DNA of 16,211 nucleotides from Aquificaceae bacterium. GTDB taxonomy: Bacteria; Aquificota; Aquificia; Aquificales; Aquificaceae. The notes under the pieces are model-generated. The model worked only from the letters and a program-made list of their open reading frames with translations. It had not been told where the DNA came from and ran no database searches. How positions within the stretch are numbered: position 1 is the first letter of the stretch; the number at the start of each line of letters is the position of its first letter. The position numbers and the translations under genes are program-made. Below, in pieces: positions 7,574 to 16,211 of this stretch. Where the stretch lies: NCBI GenBank assembly GCA_037924335.1, contig JAXSMZ010000002.1, forward strand, positions 1 to 16,211, written 5' to 3'.

Positions 7574-7591
7574 GAATAGAAGACGGAGATA

Positions 7592-9923
<2,332 letters not shown>

Positions 9924-9930
9924 TCATAAA

Positions 9931-9939
9931 ATTATAACA
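9931..9939 (-). promoter_or_regulatory. Extended -10 (TGtTATAAT) 7 nt before the purD GTG; putative leaderless promoter
   Basis: Minus strand reads TGTTATAAT-tttatga-GTG. The element overlaps the acuC stop codon. Confidence 0.62.
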
Positions 9940-11071
9940 AAAACATGGCTTTCAGCCTCTCTATAAGCCTCAATACATCTTTTCTTATGGGACCTTCTTT
10001 AAAGGTATCCAGTAGGCTGTTGTACATATAACTTCTATCTTCATCGTCTAGCTCTTCAAAGTTAACTTTAAAGAGCAACTCTTTTGCCCGTTGATTTATC
10101 TCTTTTGGTACCTCTTTATTCCCAATACTGCACCATATTAGCGTCCATGCCCTAACTAATGCTATTGGATGGTATCCACCCCCACCTAAGTATATGCCAT
10201 CTCCAAACATATCTCTTACCATGTTAAAAACCTTCAAATAACATGCGTTGGAAAGTTCAAACTTGGAAAGGTAATCTTCACTCAAAGCATCCGTTCCCAA
10301 CTGCATTATGTACACTTGATGGTTGAAGATATCCTTGACTATATTTAATCCTTCTTCAAGAGCGTAGAGGAATTCGGTATCTTTTATGTTCTTTGGGAGT
10401 GGGATGTTCATGTTAAAGCCTTTCCCTTTCCCCTTTCCTATCTCTTCCATGTGTCCGCTTTTAAAAGGAAAAGCGTACTCTGGAGATTGGTGTATGGAAA
10501 ATACAAATACGCTGTCATCTTCGTAATAGTACTCTTGTATAGCATCACAGTGGTGAGCATCAATGTCTATGTAAAGTATTCTTTTAAAGCCCTTTCTCTT
10601 TAGATACTCTATAGCTATTGCTGGGTCGTTTAAAAAACAAAAGCCGTTAGCTCTGTTTGGATATGCATGGTGCATACCACCAGCTGGATTGAAAGCCAGG
10701 TACCCCTGCAGAAAAAGCTCAACAGCTTGCAACGAAGAACCAGAAGCGAGTAAAGAACCCTTCCACATGGCAGGAGATATAGGGTTTTCGTATCTTCCTA
10801 TTCCGTACTTTTCTAGAGAACCATTCTTTACGCACATGCACTCATCAGACTCCTTAAGAGCCTGTATGTATTCCTTTGTATGAAATAAAAGCAGGTCCAG
10901 TTCTGTTGCCTCCCTTCCCTCTACAAGCTCATCCTCCTCTATTAGCTCCATAGCCCTGAGAAACTCAACTAACAAGGATACTCTTGGAATCCTGAGGGGA
11001 TGGTTTGTTGGATACCTAAGCTCTTTATACTTTTTGCTGTGTATGAGCTTAGCCTTAATAAGATCCTGCAT
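9932..11071 (-). CDS. acuC: Zn-dependent histone-deacetylase-like protein (AcuC/HDLP family)
   Basis: HPLRIPR, GGMHHA, GFC, YIDIDAHH.D, QLGTD and GGGGY catalytic and metal motifs. Closely resembles A. aeolicus HDLP from recall. Confidence 0.93.
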   Translation of the reverse strand: MQDLIKAKLIHSKKYKELRYPTNHPLRIPRVSLLVEFLRAMELIEEDELVEGREATELDLLLFHTKEYIQALKESDECMCVKNGSLEKYGIGRYENPISPAMWKGSLLASGSSLQAVELFLQGYLAFNPAGGMHHAYPNRANGFCFLNDPAIAIEYLKRKGFKRILYIDIDAHHCDAIQEYYYEDDSVFVFSIHQSPEYAFPFKSGHMEEIGKGKGKGFNMNIPLPKNIKDTEFLYALEEGLNIVKDIFNHQVYIMQLGTDALSEDYLSKFELSNACYLKVFNMVRDMFGDGIYLGGGGYHPIALVRAWTLIWCSIGNKEVPKEINQRAKELLFKVNFEELDDEDRSYMYNSLLDTFKEGPIRKDVLRLIERLKAMFLL

Positions 11072-12335
11072 AGCTTTTTACAAGCTTGTGTATCTCCCTA
11101 TAGTTTATATCACCGGATAGAACATAACTCTTGTCCCTGTATTGGAATTTGGCAGAAAGAGTTATACAGAAGTCATCAGTAGCTTGCGATATGTATATAT
11201 CCGATATGTAAATGTTATTTTCCATAGCTTGCTTAAAGTATGCTCTATCAGACCTATCAGCTCCTTTTTTCCCTGTTTTTATAGGGTACTTTATCTTAGG
11301 ATTTATTATGTTGTTGGATATCTGCAGACCTTTATCGTTCATTATATAAAAAAGTTCAAAGTATGGGTATTCCTTGAAGAAATCGTACAATGTATATTCC
11401 CACAAGTCGCTTTCTTCTTTTGCCACTTTTTCAAGTATCCTTTTGAAATCTCTGACTATATGTTCCTTTATTCTGGATATTATATCCTTCGCTTGATACT
11501 CGCATGTTATTATGTACGGTTGAAGGTCGTGGACTATAAAAAAAGACCCATCAACACTCTTTACTCTCTCCTTTAGCTCTGATGTTATTTTAAAAAAGTC
11601 TTCAAAACTTTTTATACTATCAAGATTTATCATAAAACCTTTAACATATACAGGTTTTGCATCAGCATAAAGAAGGTAGAACTCCTTATGAAAATCCTCC
11701 ATTATGCTCCTTATTTTCTCCTTTGAAAGTCTTTCCTTTGTAAGGGCATAAACTTCTCCCTCATCTTTCACAAATGAGACATCTCCATGAATGTTATCCT
11801 TTATATCTTCGTAGAGTACTTTATAAAGACCCTCCTCTTTTACAGGTCCAAACTCATCCCTAAAGGCCTTTTTCCCTTTAAGAAAGAACATGTAAACATA
11901 GTAAGAATGACCTAAAAGGTTTCTAAGCTTTTGGAAGATAGGAACGCCTATCTCTATATGTGCTGATATGTAGTGAAGCAACACATGATAAAATAGCAAT
12001 CCAATATAAAAACCCTGTCTGTTTACAACGAGTATCGGGTCTTTGTATGTGTTGAAAAGGTCCAGAAGACCTATAAGGTTATCAGTACGTGTTTTGCAGG
12101 ATATTAGTTTTATTAAAGAATGTGTTATGTCTCCAACAAGAATATCTTTTCTGTTCAGTGCAAGCTTTATATGTCTCTTTTTTATTATCCCTATTGGTTT
12201 TTTTCCTCTGGTCACTACCAATATATCGTGTATGTCATGCTCTTGGAAGAGCTTAAAGGCCTCTTGCATGCTGAGCTCATAGTCTATGGTTGGAATGTAC
12301 GTAGATATCTGTGAAAGGTCTATCTCTCTGGTCAT
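11055..12335 (-). CDS. Soluble multidomain signalling protein: CBS pair + degenerate GGDEF-like segment + C-terminal PDC/Cache-like domain
   Basis: CBS-like N-terminus (LSMQEAFKLFQEHDIHDILVV..KPIGII; PILVVNRQGFYIGLL). C-terminal ELFYIMNDKGLQIS..GADRSDRAYFKQAM..YISDIYISQAT..CITLS is typical of PDC/dCache. No TM helix. Confidence 0.7.
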   Translation of the reverse strand: MTREIDLSQISTYIPTIDYELSMQEAFKLFQEHDIHDILVVTRGKKPIGIIKKRHIKLALNRKDILVGDITHSLIKLISCKTRTDNLIGLLDLFNTYKDPILVVNRQGFYIGLLFYHVLLHYISAHIEIGVPIFQKLRNLLGHSYYVYMFFLKGKKAFRDEFGPVKEEGLYKVLYEDIKDNIHGDVSFVKDEGEVYALTKERLSKEKIRSIMEDFHKEFYLLYADAKPVYVKGFMINLDSIKSFEDFFKITSELKERVKSVDGSFFIVHDLQPYIITCEYQAKDIISRIKEHIVRDFKRILEKVAKEESDLWEYTLYDFFKEYPYFELFYIMNDKGLQISNNIINPKIKYPIKTGKKGADRSDRAYFKQAMENNIYISDIYISQATDDFCITLSAKFQYRDKSYVLSGDINYREIHKLVKSYAGSY

Positions 12336-13498
12336 ATCTTTAATTTATAAATTCTTTCTGCAGCTTGCATTAGTCTATCAGTTGGAAGCGTTAGGGATAT
12401 CCTAAAATATCCTTCTCCATGTTTGCCAAAGCCATTGCCTGGTGTGCATACTATGCCGCATTGGTCCAAGAGCATGGATACAAACTGGGAAGATGTGTAT
12501 CCCTTTGGTACCTTCACCCAAAGATAGAAAGTGGCGTTGGATTTATAAACTTCCAGCCCGGATCTCTCAAGTGCTTTTATCATAGCTTCCCTTCTCCTTC
12601 TATACTCATCCCTTATCTTTTGGAGGCTTTCCTCTGGCATGTTTAAGGCTTCTATACCTGCCTCCTGAATGGCTTGGAATTGACCAGAATCCACGTTAGT
12701 TTTTACCTTTCCAAGGCCCGCTATAAGTTCTCTGTTTCCCACAGCCATACCAATACGCCATCCTGTCATGTTAAAGGTTTTTGATAGAGAATGGAACTCT
12801 ATGGCTACATCTTTGGCTCCATCAACCTCAAGTATAGAACTGGGCCTTTTATTTCCAAAGTAAACTTCTGAGTAGGCAAGGTCTGAGCATACTATTATGT
12901 TTTTCTCCCTTGCCCATTCTACAAGCTCTTTATAGAAACTCTCATCTGCCTCAGCTGATGTTGGGTTGTTAGGATAATTAACCCATATTATTTTAGCTCT
13001 CTTTAGAACCTCTTCAGGGACACTTCTAAAGTCTGGAAGAAAACCGTTCTCTTCCCTTAGGGGCAAAATGTAGGGTTCTCCTCCAGAAAACATGGTTCCT
13101 ATCTTGTAAACTGGATAGGCTGGATCTGGACAGAGGACGACATCACCAGGGTTTACAAAGGCTAATGGGAAGTGTGCTATACCTTCTTTTGAGCCTATGA
13201 GGGTCAAAACTTCCGACTCTGGGTCGAGTTCCACGTTAAACCTTATTTTGTACCAGCTTGCTACACTCTGCCTGAAGGTTAGCATACCTTCGTAGGATGG
13301 ATATCTATGGTGTTCTGGTTTCTCCACAGCCTTTTGCATAGCTTGGACTATGGGACTTGGAGTTGGCATGTCTGGGTCTCCGATTCCCAAGTCAATGATA
13401 TCAACTCCTTGATATATCTTCTCCCTTTTCTTCCTATCTATCTCTGCAAAAAGGTAAGGTGGAAGATTTTTTATCCTATCTGAGTATTCAAAGGCCAT
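12332..13498 (-). CDS. dapL: LL-diaminopimelate aminotransferase (class I/II PLP aminotransferase)
   Basis: LPPYLFAEID, DLGIGDPD, LIGSKEGIAH, NYPNNPT, DLAYSE, EFHSLSKTFNMTGWRIG (PLP Lys), KTNVDSG and GEGYFRISL. SD GGAGGT upstream. Confidence 0.85.
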   Translation of the reverse strand: MAFEYSDRIKNLPPYLFAEIDRKKREKIYQGVDIIDLGIGDPDMPTPSPIVQAMQKAVEKPEHHRYPSYEGMLTFRQSVASWYKIRFNVELDPESEVLTLIGSKEGIAHFPLAFVNPGDVVLCPDPAYPVYKIGTMFSGGEPYILPLREENGFLPDFRSVPEEVLKRAKIIWVNYPNNPTSAEADESFYKELVEWAREKNIIVCSDLAYSEVYFGNKRPSSILEVDGAKDVAIEFHSLSKTFNMTGWRIGMAVGNRELIAGLGKVKTNVDSGQFQAIQEAGIEALNMPEESLQKIRDEYRRRREAMIKALERSGLEVYKSNATFYLWVKVPKGYTSSQFVSMLLDQCGIVCTPGNGFGKHGEGYFRISLTLPTDRLMQAAERIYKLKI

Positions 13499-13599
13499 CT
13501 TTTACCTCCATAACTTATTATATAACAGGCTTGTAGTACCTTGTTTATATAATGAATTTGATTATAATTATATTAATATAATCTTAAGGAGGAAGAAGC
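13499..13599. promoter_or_regulatory. Divergent promoter region between dapL and DUF2892
   Basis: Minus-strand TATAAT at 13517-13522 with SD GGAGGT for dapL. Plus-strand TATAAT at 13577-13582 with SD AAGGAGG for DUF2892. Perfect 16-bp palindrome at 13567-13582. Confidence 0.7.
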
Positions 13600-13797
13600 A
13601 TGACTATGAACAGAGCGTTAAGATTGACATCTGGTGTAGCCCTTATGATAGTTTTTCTTTTTGGGATAAAAGGTTCTGATGTTCATTGGTTTTGGAAAGC
13701 TTTCATAGTTTTTATGTCTCTAAATCAGATACAGTCTGCTTTTACAAACTGGTGCCCTGTTATGAGTCTATACAGAAGGTTAGGGATAAAAGAATGA
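13600..13797 (+). CDS. DUF2892 (YgaP-like) small membrane protein
   Basis: 65 aa with two hydrophobic helices and NQIQSAFTNWCP motif. Strong SD AAGGAGG. Confidence 0.88.
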   Translation: MTMNRALRLTSGVALMIVFLFGIKGSDVHWFWKAFIVFMSLNQIQSAFTNWCPVMSLYRRLGIKE

Positions 13798-13812
13798 TAA
13801 AATAATAACGGT

Positions 13813-14601
13813 TTGAATGTAAGTGTAAGGGTACCGCAGGAATATTTTTCAAGCCTGCAGCTGAAGCTAAAGGAGAAGGGCTTTAAGGATAGGTATATTA
13901 AGCATACTCTTTGGTCTCTTCAGTTTGAAGATATTTATATAACTCTTTATCCTTCTGGGTCTTTACTTTTACAAGGGAAAGATACTGATAAATTAAATGA
14001 ATTAAAAGATCTTATCCTTTCTTTTGTAGCAGTGCCATCGCATCCTCAGATAGGATGTGATGAATCTGGGAAGGGCGATGTTTTTGGTCCAATAGTTTTC
14101 TGCTGTGCTACCATTGAGCCAAAGGTTTACAGAGAAGTTTTAGGCTTGGCGCCTAAGGACTGTAAGCTCATCAAAGATGATGAGCTGCTCAAAAAAGTAA
14201 AGCTTCTTTCTGATATGGTTGATGTTTCGTGTATCCTTTACGAGCCAAAGGAGCTCAACAGCATGCATGCGCGGATAAAAAACATGAACAGAATAATGGA
14301 TATGGCCTATAAAAGCCTTTTGGAGAAAGTTAAAAAGAAGCACCCTATATGTGATATATACATAGATGCTTACTCAAAGGTAAATCCCTTTGGTGATCAA
14401 GTTCATTTTGAGCCAAAGGGCGAAAGAGTTGTGGCTGTTGCTGTGGCAAGCATGTTTGCAAGGGCAAAGTTTATAGAATGGTTAAAAATGTACGATCTTC
14501 CAAAGGGTTCAACTAGGGAAGCACTGCTTAAAGCAAAGGAGATACTAAAAAAAGACCCAATGGAGGCAAACGCCATTATAAAAACCTTCTTTTTAGAGTG
14601 A
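13813..14601 (+). CDS. rnhC: Ribonuclease HIII
   Basis: N-terminal TBP-like domain (ITLYPSGSLLLQGK), IGCDESGKGDVFGP active-site motif, KDCK, IYIDAY, KGE..VAVASMFAR and LPKGS. TTG start. Confidence 0.88.
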   Translation: MNVSVRVPQEYFSSLQLKLKEKGFKDRYIKHTLWSLQFEDIYITLYPSGSLLLQGKDTDKLNELKDLILSFVAVPSHPQIGCDESGKGDVFGPIVFCCATIEPKVYREVLGLAPKDCKLIKDDELLKKVKLLSDMVDVSCILYEPKELNSMHARIKNMNRIMDMAYKSLLEKVKKKHPICDIYIDAYSKVNPFGDQVHFEPKGERVVAVAVASMFARAKFIEWLKMYDLPKGSTREALLKAKEILKKDPMEANAIIKTFFLE

Positions 14602-15394
14602 TCAAAAACCTCCGTAAGGAAAATAGGATGAAGATGACGATCATACACAGAACTATGGCGCTGCTCGGTGGTATATCAAACCATAAAGAAATGGATATAC
14701 CTAAGATGGTTGCAAGGAGAGATGATGATACAGATAGAGCTAATGTAGACAGGAAAGATGTTGTTACGAGCAAAGATGACATGGGAGGTATGGCTATAAA
14801 AGATGCAGAGAGTATGAGCCCTACAGCCTTTATGGCTAGTATGATGTTTGCAGAGGCCAACATCACAAGCATATAGTTTAGAAGCTTGACAGGGACACCC
14901 CTAAGGGCAGCTATCTCTTCGTTAAAGCTTATAAGCATCAGGCTTCTATAATAAAGCCCTACAAAAATAGTTGTGACTAAAAAGGTTATGATGACTGCAT
15001 AGAGTTCTGTGCTTGATACAGTAAGTATGCTACCAAAAAGATAGGAGTAGATGTTGGTTCCCAAATTTTGCGTGATCCCAAGAACCAGAATGGCAAGAGC
15101 AACTCCAAAAGAAAAGAAAAGGGATATGACAGTATCTGCAGGAAGACCTTTCTTTTCAATCAGAAATTCAAGAAGCATACCTGCAAGCACTGTATAGATG
15201 AGAGTGAATATGGTAGGGTCAACGTTTAAGACAACGGCCAAAGCTATACCACCAAAAGCAGCGTGAGAGAGTCCAGCACCTAGCAAGGATAACCTTCTCA
15301 TGAGAAGGAAGATACCTACAAGCGATGTGGAGATGCTCACAAAGACAGCGCTCAGAATACCTTTCCAAAGGAATGCATACTCAAAAAGACCCAT
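14576..15394 (-). CDS. znuB: Zn/Mn ABC transporter permease (ZnuB-like)
   Basis: LMRRLSLLGAGLSHAAFGG, YLFGSIL, FNEEIA..GVP and VGLIL motifs. The likely start is ATG at 15394 (MGLFEY), just after the znuC stop, not 15433. Confidence 0.9.
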   Translation of the reverse strand: MGLFEYAFLWKGILSAVFVSISTSLVGIFLLMRRLSLLGAGLSHAAFGGIALAVVLNVDPTIFTLIYTVLAGMLLEFLIEKKGLPADTVISLFFSFGVALAILVLGITQNLGTNIYSYLFGSILTVSSTELYAVIITFLVTTIFVGLYYRSLMLISFNEEIAALRGVPVKLLNYMLVMLASANIILAIKAVGLILSASFIAIPPMSSLLVTTSFLSTLALSVSSSLLATILGISISLWFDIPPSSAIVLCMIVIFILFSLRRFLITLKRRFL

Positions 15395-15395
15395 T

Positions 15396-16067
15396 TCAGT
15401 GTAGCCTGTAAAGCTTAATAAGCATGCTTTCAAGTTCTCTTGGACTAACTATTTTACACTCTTCCATACCAAGGCATAGCACATTTGTGGCGTTCCTTAG
15501 AATAAAACCAATATCATGGGAAACAGCCACAACAGTCCTTTTTTTGCTTATTTCTTTTACCAAGCTCTCTATATGTTCTTGGGCGTGTATATCAAGACCT
15601 GTAAGGGGTTCATCTAATACGAGCAAGTCTGGGTTTGTTGTTAGGGAAAGGGCCAGAAGAACCTTCTGTTGCTCTCCACCAGACAGCTTGTTGAACTGCT
15701 TTTCCAGAAGGTCTTCAATATGAAGGTAAGTTATTATCCATCCTACTTTTTCCTTTGGTGCCACTGCCATAAAAAGCTCCTTTACGGTGCCAGTGAAAGC
15801 CTTCTCCACATTAAACCTCTGTGGTACGTATCCGACCCTTTTCCATTCCTTGAAATTCTCCAAGCTCCTTCCGAAAAGCTCTATGTTTCCTTTCAAAGGC
15901 TTTAAAAAACCTAACAGAAGCTTTAAAAGCGTTGTTTTACCAGACCCATTTGGGCCAAGTATGCCAAAGAATTCTCCCTCAAGCACAGAGAAGCTAAGTT
16001 CTTTTATGAGCGGTTCTCCCTTCCTGTAATAAAAAGTAAGGTTGTTAACCTTTATCACCTCTGACAT
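15396..16067 (-). CDS. znuC: Zn/Mn ABC transporter ATP-binding protein (ZnuC-like)
   Basis: Walker A GPNGSGKTT, GYVPQ Q-loop, LSGGEQQ signature, LLVLDEP Walker B and SHD H-loop. Confidence 0.9.
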   Translation of the reverse strand: MSEVIKVNNLTFYYRKGEPLIKELSFSVLEGEFFGILGPNGSGKTTLLKLLLGFLKPLKGNIELFGRSLENFKEWKRVGYVPQRFNVEKAFTGTVKELFMAVAPKEKVGWIITYLHIEDLLEKQFNKLSGGEQQKVLLALSLTTNPDLLVLDEPLTGLDIHAQEHIESLVKEISKKRTVVAVSHDIGFILRNATNVLCLGMEECKIVSPRELESMLIKLYRLH

Positions 16068-16211
16068 TCCAGCCCCTCTTTGATCCCTTCAAGATTCTTT
16101 CTCATTATTGAAAAGTAGTCGTCCCAAGCAGAAAATGGGAAAAGTGAAGAGTTAAGTAAGATCACCCTTGCACCTGTTTGACTGGCTATGAAGTCTGCTA
16201 CTTTTCTGTCC
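16055..16211 (-). CDS. Metal ABC transporter substrate-binding protein (ZnuA-like), C-terminal fragment
   Basis: Manual translation: ..DRKVADFIASQTGARVILLNSSLFPFSAWDDYFSIMRKNLEGIKEGLECQR*. IA.xTGA and YxxxMxxNL are typical of the cluster A-I SBP C-terminus. Overlaps the znuC start. Confidence 0.82.
   Translation of the reverse strand, partial: DRKVADFIASQTGARVILLNSSLFPFSAWDDYFSIMRKNLEGIKEGLECQR

Larger units (their letters stand above)
6866..7591. other. Candidate chromosomal replication origin (oriC-like): AT-rich, repeat-dense intergenic region
   Basis: About 725 bp without a credible ORF in an otherwise gap-free window. Ten oriented DnaA-box-like 9-mers, IHF-consensus sites and a GC-rich patch followed by an AT-rich tract with (TAA)5. 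Function is inferred. Confidence 0.6.

Overview
Gene-dense chromosomal window. Several proteins closely resemble Aquifex aeolicus proteins as I recall them (HDLP/AcuC-type deacetylase, RNase HIII, DUF1122), which points to an Aquificaceae (Hydrogenobacter/Thermocrinis-like) genome; this is an inference, not a search result. The left arm is a tightly coupled minus-strand run: tgt, DUF1122, DUF2892, yqgF/ruvX, mltG, MTH1187-family, Lon-like protease, fabD and the start of a Dam-family DNA adenine methyltransferase that the ORF track misses. The right arm holds an AI-2E transporter (+), purD, acuC, a CBS/degenerate-GGDEF/PDC protein and dapL (-), DUF2892 and rnhC (+), and a ZnuABC-type metal ABC transporter (-). 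The standout is the only long non-coding stretch (6866-7591). It is AT-rich and carries ten oriented TT(T/C)CACA-type boxes, four CGTAAGTT boxes, IHF-like sites, several inverted repeats and a GC-clamp followed by a (TAA)n/NAN trinucleotide tract. It is best read as a candidate replication origin (oriC) with non-canonical DnaA boxes and no dnaA gene in the window. Also notable are a repeated '-10 box + 7 nt + start codon' leaderless signature and a CBS-domain protein occupying the AcuB position upstream of acuC. I saw no tRNA, rRNA, CRISPR array or transposase.
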